Positions 10,659 to 19,494 of a stretch of DNA of 64,000 bases are shown one piece after another. The DNA is from a bacterium CG_4_10_14_0_2_um_filter_33_32. GTDB taxonomy: Bacteria; Patescibacteriota; CPR2_A; CG2-30-33-46. A program made the translations under genes and the position numbers. The notes beneath the pieces are model-generated. The model worked only from the letters and a program-made list of their open reading frames with translations, was not told the origin of the DNA and did no database searches. Where the stretch lies: assembly GCA_002792735.1 (NCBI GenBank), contig PFOW01000055.1, positions 273 to 64,272 of the forward strand, in the 5' to 3' direction. Every line of letters starts with the position of its first letter. The stretch's first letter is position 1.

Positions 10659-11105
10659 TTACTGCCTTTCTTTTTGATTAATAAAATTATTGTTTTTTAT
10701 TTCCTGCAATTCTTTTTTTACTCCAGGGATTAAATCGTAATTATCTAATTCATCTAGTATTATCCAAGCGTAATCTGTAAAATCTTCCTTTTGAATATTC
10801 ACTTCTCCATCTTTTGCCTCACAAAGAAATCTGGGAATGACTACATGATAACCATCAGGTCTGGTAAACTCTGAATCGCCGATAAACTTAAAAATACCCG
10901 TTGTCTCTAAGTCGGTTTCTTCCTTGATTTCTCTTTCTAGTGTTTTCAAAATAGAACATCCTTTTTCAACTTTTCCACCCGGTACTGTCCACATACATGG
11001 TTGTGCTATCTCTTTTTCGCTTCTCTTTAATATCAAAAATTTGCCATCTTTTCTATATAAGAATCCAGTAACAGCCACGATGTGCAACTGATCATTACTT
11101 ACCAC
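10659..11105 (-). CDS. NUDIX hydrolase
   Basis: Nudix box PGGKVEKG...LEREIKEETDL. Confidence 0.88.
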   Translation of the reverse strand: MVSNDQLHIVAVTGFLYRKDGKFLILKRSEKEIAQPCMWTVPGGKVEKGCSILKTLEREIKEETDLETTGIFKFIGDSEFTRPDGYHVVIPRFLCEAKDGEVNIQKEDFTDYAWIILDELDNYDLIPGVKKELQEIKNNNFINQKERQ

Positions 11106-11322
11106 TTTTGCCTCTCTTGATAGTATTTAGACACGCCTTACATTCGTTGACAAATTCACTCTCAAGATTCTGTAATTTCTTGTAGCTTTCATAGGATGCT
11201 AGAACGCCAACCGGATCTGAATACCTAAGCAAAACATAGTTGCTTCCCTTACCAAGATCTTTTACTATCTTGGAAGTTTTATTTTGTAATTCGTTTATGT
11301 TTATAAATTTCTCTTTTGACAT
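11095..11322 (-). CDS. Phd/YefM antitoxin-like DNA-binding protein with C-terminal CxxC
   Basis: ININELQNKTSKIVKDL..YVLLRYSDPVGVLASYESY fits the Phd pattern; ECKAC near the C-terminus. Confidence 0.65.
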   Translation of the reverse strand: MSKEKFININELQNKTSKIVKDLGKGSNYVLLRYSDPVGVLASYESYKKLQNLESEFVNECKACLNTIKRGKSGK

Positions 11323-11329
11323 AATAAAA

Positions 11330-11374
11330 AAGTTACCTCAAATGTATGGTAACTTCTATCAATAGATTAGTCAA
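11330..11374 (-). promoter_or_regulatory. Sigma70-like promoter overlapped by an 8-bp inverted repeat (putative operator)
   Basis: TTGACT(11374-11369)-17nt-TACCAT(11351-11346); AAGTTACC(11330-37)-N10-GGTAACTT(11348-55). Confidence 0.6.
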
Positions 11375-11388
11375 TAAAAAATAATAAT

Positions 11389-12027
11389 TTATTTACTTAA
11401 ACGTAATCCATTGCTAGTATCTATATTATTAGCATTTTGGTATTTACTATTATTAGGATCCTCCGCGGATTGTACCGCAGGATCCGCTCCACCAGACCAA
11501 TTGTTTTGTTTTAAAATCTTGTTGCTCCAACGACTAAAATATTCACTATATTCAAGTGCATGCATACCCGAACTACTTATTCTTACTTTAACAAGTTGCG
11601 TAGAAGGATCATTGTAACCGCTACCATCAGTTTTTATAATACCATTACCGTTAGGCTGCTCTCTTTTAACATCATAAATAAGCAATTCTCTCGTAAGATT
11701 TGTATCGTTAAGATTAATTGCTTCTGAGCCGCTAGCTAAATTCCATTGGTTTGAAGAAATAACGATATGATACGGATTACTGTCACCTTTATTTTGAGTT
11801 CCAAGAGGGCGATAAATCATATTCCAATTACTAGCCACCATTGATCTTGTAGCTTCAAGCCCTTCCTTAGCAAGAGCAGATGCCTGGGTTTGAGCACCGC
11901 CCACTTTTGTTGATTGAAGCGATGCCATAATAAGCGAAGCTATGGTGATAGCAAAAATAGACGTAATAGATATTGCGATAAGAGCTTCTGCCAAAAGTGA
12001 GCCTTGAGCTTCTTTCAAATATTTCAT
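11389..12027 (-). CDS. Minor type IV pilin (PilV-like)
   Basis: Class III signal QG|SLLAEALIAISI plus hydrophobic helix; in pil locus. Confidence 0.75.
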   Translation of the reverse strand: MKYLKEAQGSLLAEALIAISITSIFAITIASLIMASLQSTKVGGAQTQASALAKEGLEATRSMVASNWNMIYRPLGTQNKGDSNPYHIVISSNQWNLASGSEAINLNDTNLTRELLIYDVKREQPNGNGIIKTDGSGYNDPSTQLVKVRISSSGMHALEYSEYFSRWSNKILKQNNWSGGADPAVQSAEDPNNSKYQNANNIDTSNGLRLSK

Positions 12028-12542
12028 TGCATAGCCTCTATTCTCCCTGATTTGGTAACAACTATTTTTACAAAACCGGTTTCCTGCTTTCTGGAAATCC
12101 TAAAAGCAATACTGTTAGCACCATCCTGACTTGCTGTTCCATAATTATCCGTTTCTCCAGTTATCTTATTGAAAATTATGAATGATCCTCCACCATTTAT
12201 TGAAAAGTTATCGAATTGTAAGCTAGGCGGTAAATTATAAGATTTTTTAGAAACTGAAGTTTCCCACGGGTCCTCAAAAATTGTAAAAGTATCATTGCCC
12301 TCAATTTTAATACCCCATTTTTTTCCTAATTTCTGACTAATTGAATTTTTCTGGACCTCACGCATAAATGAAATAACTATTTTAGAATTTTCACTTAGTT
12401 CATTACTCTTTTGAAAAGATACATAACCATTTATCATAATAACGGATAATATACCCATTACTGCAACAACTATCAAAACCTCAATCAGCGTGAACCCTGA
12501 TTTATTACCGTGAATATTACTAATTATTTCCTTTATAGACAT
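12024..12542 (-). CDS. Minor pilin (FimT/GspH-like)
   Basis: KSG|FTLIEVLIVVAVMGIL. Confidence 0.85.
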   Translation of the reverse strand: MSIKEIISNIHGNKSGFTLIEVLIVVAVMGILSVIMINGYVSFQKSNELSENSKIVISFMREVQKNSISQKLGKKWGIKIEGNDTFTIFEDPWETSVSKKSYNLPPSLQFDNFSINGGGSFIIFNKITGETDNYGTASQDGANSIAFRISRKQETGFVKIVVTKSGRIEAMQ

Positions 12543-12552
12543 AATAATAAAA

Positions 12553-13764
12553 CTAACTTACTTTTGATATAAGCTGATATATAGGAGTAATAATAGCGAG
12601 TGCGATACCTCCTATACCAACTCCCATAATAACCATCATTATAGGCTCAATAAGTGTTGTCAGCTCTTTTAGGGTATTATCAACTTCTTCTTCATAAAAA
12701 CCTGCCATTTCAGATAATAGTTCGCTTAAATTACCGGTTTTCTCTCCTACATTGATCATACCTATTACGATATTAGGAAAAAGATCATTCCTATTTTTAA
12801 GTACGCGAGAAAGTGATATACCTTTGCTCACATCACTTAGAGAATTAAGTAGAGATTTTTTATAAACACTATTTAAAGTATCCGCCGTAAGTTCTATGGC
12901 GTCCATTATAGGAATACCGGCTGACACTGTACTGCCCAAAGTCCTGGCAAATCTAGCTAATTGGACATCCTGCACTAATTTATTAACTTTTGGAATTTTT
13001 AAGGATACAGAAGCTATAAAATTACGAACACTTTCCTGGCGAAGTGCGACAATAAAAGCAAAGATAGAAAAAATTCCAAGCACTATAAAAAGAATTAAAT
13101 TCTTACTTATGATTAAGCTGACCGCAATTATAATTTTAGTAAAAAGCGGCAACTTAACGCCTGATTGCGTAAAAAGATTAACTAACCTGGGCAAAACAAA
13201 AACTACCATTAATGCTATTACTGCGAAAGTGGATATTAAAAGTACGGCCGGATAAGTTAGCGCCCCCTTCACTTTACTGACCAAACTATAGTCTCTTCTT
13301 AAAAAATCAGTGAGTTTTTTTAAAGATTCTCCTAATTCGCCGGTCTCCTCTCCAGATTTCACCATATTTATATAATACTGAGAGAAAATCATTCGGTATC
13401 TTTTTAATACGCTCGAAATAGATTGCCCATTTTCAAGCCCAGTTTTTAAATCAGCAACCACTTTCTTTAAAATCTTATTTTTTGTATCATCAGCCAAGAC
13501 ATCAAAAGCATCATTTAAAGAAATACCGGCTTTTATCATTGTAGCTAAGTGCTCAGTAAAAATTATCTTATCTATTATTGGAACCCTGCCCAATAATCCA
13601 GCAGTTAACCTTTTGAATTTAGAAGTAGGCTTAGGTTCATTTACAGAAACTACAAAAAAATTTTGCCTTTTAAGAAAGGAGACTACCTGATCTTTTCCAC
13701 TTGCTTCCATCTCCCCCTGAGCTAATTTACCGCGGCTATCGATGGCTTGCCACTTAAATAACAT
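12553..13764 (-). CDS. pilC: Type IV pilus platform protein PilC/GspF
   Basis: LATMIKAGI, GEETGEL, ALTYP, VGEKTGNL, LIEPIM; two T2SSF domains. Confidence 0.93.
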   Translation of the reverse strand: MLFKWQAIDSRGKLAQGEMEASGKDQVVSFLKRQNFFVVSVNEPKPTSKFKRLTAGLLGRVPIIDKIIFTEHLATMIKAGISLNDAFDVLADDTKNKILKKVVADLKTGLENGQSISSVLKRYRMIFSQYYINMVKSGEETGELGESLKKLTDFLRRDYSLVSKVKGALTYPAVLLISTFAVIALMVVFVLPRLVNLFTQSGVKLPLFTKIIIAVSLIISKNLILFIVLGIFSIFAFIVALRQESVRNFIASVSLKIPKVNKLVQDVQLARFARTLGSTVSAGIPIMDAIELTADTLNSVYKKSLLNSLSDVSKGISLSRVLKNRNDLFPNIVIGMINVGEKTGNLSELLSEMAGFYEEEVDNTLKELTTLIEPIMMVIMGVGIGGIALAIITPIYQLISKVS

Positions 13765-13765
13765 T

Positions 13766-15472
13766 TTAATCCCTTATAACTCTCATTATTTCTTCATATG
13801 TTGTTATTCCTGATTCTGCTTTCTCTAAGCCGTCTTCTAGCATTCTCCTCATACCATCTTTAATGGCCTGGGCTTCTATTCTAGACTCAGGAGCTTTTTG
13901 AAGTACCAGTTCTCTAATTTCATTATTGACTCTTAATATTTCAAAAATACCTACCATACCTCTGTAACCAGAATTATGACATTCCTTACAACCCTTGCCT
14001 GCAAAAACTGTTTTGGGCAATTTATATTTTTTTATATCCTTACCAGATATCCCTAATTGATAAAATATACGCGATGCTTCTTCCTTTGTAATAGGTTTTG
14101 GTGTAATACAACCTGGGCAAACTCTTCTTACAAGACGCTGAGCAATAATTAAATTAACAGTTGATGCCAAAAGGAAAGGCTGAACACCTATATCAACTAA
14201 CCTAGGAATAGCGCCGGCAGCATTATTTGTATGTAGAGTTGAAAGAACCAAATGACCAGTTAAAGCTGCATGCACAGCTAGTTCGGCAGTATCGCTATCT
14301 CTAATTTCACCTACCATAATTATATCTGGGTCTTGTCTTAGTAAGCTCCTTAATCCATCGGCAAACGTTAACCCGGTTTTAACGTTAACCTGAATTTGAT
14401 TAACTCTTCGGATGTCATATTCAACGGGATCTTCTATCGTAGATATATTAACTTCCGGTTTATTGATTAAATGAAGAATAGTATAAAGACTTGTTGTTTT
14501 ACCAGAACCGGTAGGTCCAGTTGAAAGAACCATGCCATGTGTTTTTTTTATCGCATCCCTTATTACTGCCATGTCTTGCTGTTCTAGGCCAAGGCTTTCT
14601 AAATTCATCGGCCTTGCAGATTCCATAAGAAGTCTTAAAACTATTTTCTCACCATATATGGTTGGTATAACCGAAACACGAATAGCCATTGATGTTTCAT
14701 CCAGTTTATATCTAAATCTTCCATCCTGCGGAAGCCTATGCTCATCTATTTTTAAATCCGAAATAAGCTTCACTCTTGCGGCTAAAGCAGAATGCACTAT
14801 ATATGGCAGATTAATAACATCCTGCAATATGCCATCAATTCTAAATCTAACCAGCACTTCATCGTCTAAAGGTTCTATGTGAATATCAGAAGATTCCTGA
14901 GCAGCTGCATATTCAATTAAGGTATCCAGTATTTTAGTAACAGGAATATCTTGGGCCATTTTTTCAGCATCATTGACTCCGGTTGACATTGCCTTATCAA
15001 CATTTTCATTAATTATCTTGTCAAACTCCTGCGTAATCGATTTTTTATAACCAGAGAGCGCTTCCTTAAGATTTTTATGAGTAACTAAAACAGGATTTAT
15101 CTTTTTACCAATTTTTCTTTCCATAAACTGAATTGTTTTTAAATCCCCGGGATCTTCCATTGCTAAAGTAATATCCTTTTTGCTTGCTCCTACCGCTATC
15201 ACTTTATGAGTCTTGGCTATATTCTCAGGAACTAAAGAAAGCAATTCTGGTGTCATTTCAAAGCCCGAAAAATCAAAGAAAGGAACTTTAAAATAATCAG
15301 CGAGTATTTTAGTAAAATATTCCTCAGAAATTAAACCCTGCTCAATTAAAAGAGACTCAATATCCTGCGCTGTTCTTTTTGCCTCTTCTATTACAGAATC
15401 GAATTCTTTTTCACTAATAAACCCTGAAGATACTAAGGTATCTTTAAGTTCTTTTTCTGGAATATGTAGCAT
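13766..15472 (-). CDS. pilB: Type IV pilus extension ATPase PilB/GspE
   Basis: SDIHIEP, RFRIDG, PQDGR, GPTGSGKTT, TIEDPVE, LRQDPD, TGHLVLSTLHTN, two CxxC pairs. Confidence 0.95.
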   Translation of the reverse strand: MLHIPEKELKDTLVSSGFISEKEFDSVIEEAKRTAQDIESLLIEQGLISEEYFTKILADYFKVPFFDFSGFEMTPELLSLVPENIAKTHKVIAVGASKKDITLAMEDPGDLKTIQFMERKIGKKINPVLVTHKNLKEALSGYKKSITQEFDKIINENVDKAMSTGVNDAEKMAQDIPVTKILDTLIEYAAAQESSDIHIEPLDDEVLVRFRIDGILQDVINLPYIVHSALAARVKLISDLKIDEHRLPQDGRFRYKLDETSMAIRVSVIPTIYGEKIVLRLLMESARPMNLESLGLEQQDMAVIRDAIKKTHGMVLSTGPTGSGKTTSLYTILHLINKPEVNISTIEDPVEYDIRRVNQIQVNVKTGLTFADGLRSLLRQDPDIIMVGEIRDSDTAELAVHAALTGHLVLSTLHTNNAAGAIPRLVDIGVQPFLLASTVNLIIAQRLVRRVCPGCITPKPITKEEASRIFYQLGISGKDIKKYKLPKTVFAGKGCKECHNSGYRGMVGIFEILRVNNEIRELVLQKAPESRIEAQAIKDGMRRMLEDGLEKAESGITTYEEIMRVIRD

Positions 15473-15494
15473 TTATCCTCCTAAAAATTAGAAA

Positions 15495-16094
15495 TTATGC
15501 CGGAACCAAAAAATAAATATTGTATATAAAAATAGGTAATGAAGAAATCAAAAGATATGGATATACGGATAATCTTTCTATGGCTTTACCTTTAATTTTA
15601 TAAAATATATGTGTTATAACCATCATAAAAAGAGCTATCACTATCAATACTATACCTCTATCCCATCCCATCAAAAAAGCAAGTACGAAATAAAACCAAA
15701 TTTCATAAATAGAAATAATTTGTGAATTTCTTTTATAAAGTTTGTATAAAACTAAAGAAAAAACAGTTGCTGAAATAAATGACCAGATAAAATATTCTCC
15801 GAGGTTAAATAAAAAAAGTGATGCTGTGTACTTTGAATCTATAGCTTTAGCCATAAAACTACCAGGTAATTTATAAATCATGATTTGTAAAGTTGTCCAA
15901 TATATCACAAAGCAAAAAGATATAATTAACGAACCATAAGCTAATCGTCTAATCACCCGGGCATCAACAACTTCTCTTCTAAAGAAAAAATGATAACCTA
16001 ATGACAGAATAATAGATAACACCAGTACGGGTTTCCACCAAATAAAAACAGGTGATAAATAAGAAAGAATACCAACGATTTTTTCTAAACTCAT
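15495..16094 (-). CDS. Polytopic membrane protein, possibly a degenerate A24 prepilin-peptidase fold
   Basis: About 6 TM segments; C-terminal LMGW...ERLSVYPYLL resembles the A24 LLGW...IPFGPFL end; lies between pilin and pilB. Confidence 0.5.
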   Translation of the reverse strand: MSLEKIVGILSYLSPVFIWWKPVLVLSIILSLGYHFFFRREVVDARVIRRLAYGSLIISFCFVIYWTTLQIMIYKLPGSFMAKAIDSKYTASLFLFNLGEYFIWSFISATVFSLVLYKLYKRNSQIISIYEIWFYFVLAFLMGWDRGIVLIVIALFMMVITHIFYKIKGKAIERLSVYPYLLISSLPIFIYNIYFLVPA

Positions 16095-16100
16095 ATTATA

Positions 16101-16129
16101 ATTTTAAGCCAAAAGTTTAATTTATTCAA
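16101..16129 (-). promoter_or_regulatory. Sigma70-like promoter, leaderless geometry
   Basis: TTGAAT-17nt-TAAAAT, then 6 nt to the ATG at 16094. Confidence 0.5.
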
Positions 16130-16168
16130 TCAGAAACAATAATTTTTATATAAATAATCAGCATTATG

Positions 16169-16193
16169 AAAACCCCGATCAATATCGGGGTTT
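16169..16193 (-). terminator. Intrinsic terminator after major pilin
   Basis: Minus strand AAACCCCGAT-attg-ATCGGGGTTTT. Confidence 0.75.
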
Positions 16194-16219
16194 AAATTCA
16201 GTTTAAGCTATAATGTAGA

Positions 16220-16780
16220 TTAACCCGTGGCAACAGCTAAGTCATTACCTACTTCGTAACGATTTGCGTTATTACCGCCGTCTTTACCGTCTTTATCTTG
16301 AGTTGTTGTGTATTCGGTCGATTCAAAAGCACAGTCAATTTTGTAATGCCCGGCACCATCATGTATAAATCTGTAAAAGCTGGTGACGCTATTCTGTGGG
16401 TCTAATGGCAGGGCGGAAATAGGCGCGCCGGATGATACCGTTGAGAAATCTAACGGTACCCAACCGGTACCTGTATTACTCTGTACAGCCGTACCCGTAG
16501 TTGCCGGGGTAGCAGTTGTAGCATAAACAGTAGTTGTTGCCGCTGTAGCGTAAGTTTCATTCTCAGTAAATGCAGTAAAGGATTTCCCGTCGGTTAAGGC
16601 TAAATTTATGGCTGTTTGGATAGTGCCCATATCCGATATTCTTTGCGAATCACGGCTTTTTTTCATCATTTCAACAGGATTAATAACTAACACAATAACC
16701 GCGGCTAAAATACCGATGATTGCGATAACAACCAAAAGCTCAATTAATGTAAACCCTTTCTTTCCAATTTTTCTTTGTAT
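16220..16780 (-). CDS. pilA: Major type IV pilin (apparent ATA start)
   Basis: AGGAGGATAA then ATA CAA AGA AAA ATT GGA AAG AAA GGG TTT ACA TTA ATT GAG = (M)QRKIGKKG|FTLIELLVVIAIIGIL..KSRDSQRISD..LPLDP; has its own terminator; the ORF-track start at 16735 lies inside the pilin helix. Confidence 0.85.
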   Translation of the reverse strand: MQRKIGKKGFTLIELLVVIAIIGILAAVIVLVINPVEMMKKSRDSQRISDMGTIQTAINLALTDGKSFTAFTENETYATAATTTVYATTATPATTGTAVQSNTGTGWVPLDFSTVSSGAPISALPLDPQNSVTSFYRFIHDGAGHYKIDCAFESTEYTTTQDKDGKDGGNNANRYEVGNDLAVATG

Positions 16781-16810
16781 TTATCCTCCTAGAAAAATTT
16801 GTTATAAAAA

Positions 16811-17209
16811 TTATTTAGAATGCTCTTTTTTGCATTTTCGAACAGCCTCTACCACATCATTAGGCTGAAGCCGAGATTTAACCATAAATCCGACAGCTCC
16901 TAATTTATAGGCTTTCTGTTCATCATTACCATTACTCATACTAAGATTGGTAAGTAGCAACACAGGTATATTAGCAATATTCTTAATTTTACCACGAGCT
17001 TCTAAGAATTCAAAACCATTCATTTCAGGCATCATAATGTCCAATAAGATAACGTCAAATTTGTTATCTTTTTTTAATAAATCCAAAGCTTCTTTACCGT
17101 TATATTTTATAACAATATCAAGACCTTCGAATTTGAATTTTCGTTCGTACATTCTTGTCATTAATTGGTCGTCATCTACCAACAAAATGCGCACTCTTGC
17201 CTCAAACAT
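16811..17209 (-). CDS. Single-domain response regulator (receiver only)
   Basis: ILLVDDD, LLDIMMP, LLTN, FMVKS. Confidence 0.92.
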   Translation of the reverse strand: MFEARVRILLVDDDQLMTRMYERKFKFEGLDIVIKYNGKEALDLLKKDNKFDVILLDIMMPEMNGFEFLEARGKIKNIANIPVLLLTNLSMSNGNDEQKAYKLGAVGFMVKSRLQPNDVVEAVRKCKKEHSK

Positions 17210-17275
17210 TATACTTTTATTATATTTTACCAGAAATACGGTTCAATTGCAATCATTTATACGCTCCGCTATCAC

Positions 17276-19474
17276 CTAAATCATGATTTTTTTACGGGTC
17301 GATGAATCTTCTTGTTCTTTTGTTTTCTTTTTTGCGATTGGCAGAGAAAAAGCAAAAGTTGTTCCTTTGCCAAAAACAGATTTCTCTATCCAAATATCCC
17401 CACCCATGGCTTTCATATATTGTCTGCATATATATAATCCTAAACCTGTTCCGCCCTTTTGGTTAGTAAGAGTAAGATTAACCTGAAAAAATTTCTGGAA
17501 GAGTTTTGATCTGTCTTCTTTCTTTAAACCTGCTCCGGTGTCACTTATATAAGTAACCAGATATTTACCCTTAACTTTTTGGTTGATAGTAATCCCGCCT
17601 TTCTCTGTAAATTTCAATGAGTTTCCCATTAAATTAGTAAGGACTTCCGATACCTTCCCTTCATCGCCTAATAGGAGCATACTCTGCTTTTTGGGAGAAT
17701 ATTTGATATAAAGACCTTTTCCTTTGGCAATATTTTTTAAATACTCTATTACTCTATGAGCAGATTCGACAATATTGAAATTGGACATATGATATACCAT
17801 TCTACCCTGTTCAATCCTTGAGACATTAAGCATATCTTCTACTAAGATTAACAATCGCTGACTTCCTGAATAAGCATCCTCAAGAAACTCTCTTGTATAA
17901 TTATCTATTTTACCGGCCTCTCCATCTAAAACCATTCTTAAATTGCCGGAAATAGCTGTCATTGGAGTTCTAAGTTCATGAGAGGTTACCGATAAAAATA
18001 CATCCTTAGCTTTATTCATTGTGATTTCTTTTGTTATATCAGTTATTATTAATACTTGCCCTATTATAATTCCATTATCATTATCGTTATCCTTATCACT
18101 AATAATAGGAGAAATTATAGCCGAATAAGTAAGCCCGGTGGTCTTCTCGAAAGTTAAATTCATTACCTTTTGGATAGCTGTTCTTAATAATTTATCATTA
18201 GGAAATTTTATTTTTGCCTTACTATCTTTCATACATAAATATTTCCCATCCTTGAAAAGACAGCTTATCCTTTCTCCCTTGAGTATGAAATCTTTATGAT
18301 TTACTGGCGCTACAAAATTAGTAAGAGTTTTTTCTAGATTTTCAAAACCTAATATACCCTGAACACTTTTATGCAAAATATTTTCTCTTTTTACACCAAA
18401 ATTTTCTTCGGCAGTTTTATTCATTTCTAAAACGAAACCTTTATCATCAACCACTAAAAGACCGCTACCAATGCTTTTCAATATTGCCTGTTCTTCGTTC
18501 TCTTTAACCTGAATCTTATTAAGAAGAGTGGCATTACTTATTACAACACTTATAACCTTACAAAGCTTTTCATAAAAATTTATAGTTTTTTCATTATTGA
18601 TATCTTTCTTAGAATCTAAGCAGCAAACAGTACCCATGACATTCTTACCGTCAATAATAGGACTAATTATTACAGTATCTGCACTTAATACCGGAGTCCG
18701 ATAAATCCTCTGATCAGACTGTGCATGATCAGATATCATAATCTTTTTTTCTGAAAATGCTATGCCATTAAGTGATTTATTTATATCAATTTTCAGTGTA
18801 TCTGTTTGCTTATTATTTAAGCCAGAACTTCCATTCTGTGCTTCTAATCTATTCGTTTCTTTATTGTATATAAAAAGTATGACTCTTCTGGCCTCCATGC
18901 TTTGAACAACTATTCTTGTAACCACAGCTACCAACTTAGAAAATTCTTTTGCCCATACCACAGACTGAGAAACTTTTGTTAAAGATTCAGATTGAACAAG
19001 AGCAACTTCAAGTTCTTCCTCGGATATATTCATATCCTCAAGAATATTAAGCATAGCCTTTTTTGAATCAGTTAATTCTGCAATCATCTTCTCTAAATCT
19101 GTGTTTTTAAACTGTAAATCAACAGCTTTTTTCTGAAACATTTCTTCCAATTTTTCCGCATATTCCTGGGTAGTTCTTTGAAGTATTGCATCCTCTTCTA
19201 AGGTTTTGTAAATTAAATCAACCGTCATCAATACATAAATAGATCCGGCGGCAAAAATGATTATAGTAAGAAAATCAGTATTTACTTTTATTTCTTTAAA
19301 ATGGATGAATGTAAATGCAACATAGCCGAAGAAAAAAGCGATAATTAATACAAACATCAAGCGCCAAAGATTTTTATAACTGCTTAGTCTTACATATTTA
19401 AAAACCTTCAGACACCTAAGTGCCGAATAGATAATCATCAAAATTCCGAAAAATAAAAGAAAAAATCCTAACAT
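17276..19474 (-). CDS. Membrane sensor histidine kinase (TM-coiled coil-GAF-PAS-HisKA-HATPase)
   Basis: SHELRTPMT H-box, NLMGNSLKFT, DTGAG, FQKFFQ, GGTGLGL. Confidence 0.92.
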   Translation of the reverse strand: MLGFFLLFFGILMIIYSALRCLKVFKYVRLSSYKNLWRLMFVLIIAFFFGYVAFTFIHFKEIKVNTDFLTIIIFAAGSIYVLMTVDLIYKTLEEDAILQRTTQEYAEKLEEMFQKKAVDLQFKNTDLEKMIAELTDSKKAMLNILEDMNISEEELEVALVQSESLTKVSQSVVWAKEFSKLVAVVTRIVVQSMEARRVILFIYNKETNRLEAQNGSSGLNNKQTDTLKIDINKSLNGIAFSEKKIMISDHAQSDQRIYRTPVLSADTVIISPIIDGKNVMGTVCCLDSKKDINNEKTINFYEKLCKVISVVISNATLLNKIQVKENEEQAILKSIGSGLLVVDDKGFVLEMNKTAEENFGVKRENILHKSVQGILGFENLEKTLTNFVAPVNHKDFILKGERISCLFKDGKYLCMKDSKAKIKFPNDKLLRTAIQKVMNLTFEKTTGLTYSAIISPIISDKDNDNDNGIIIGQVLIITDITKEITMNKAKDVFLSVTSHELRTPMTAISGNLRMVLDGEAGKIDNYTREFLEDAYSGSQRLLILVEDMLNVSRIEQGRMVYHMSNFNIVESAHRVIEYLKNIAKGKGLYIKYSPKKQSMLLLGDEGKVSEVLTNLMGNSLKFTEKGGITINQKVKGKYLVTYISDTGAGLKKEDRSKLFQKFFQVNLTLTNQKGGTGLGLYICRQYMKAMGGDIWIEKSVFGKGTTFAFSLPIAKKKTKEQEDSSTRKKIMI

Positions 19475-19494
19475 ACAATTTTAAAATAAAACTA

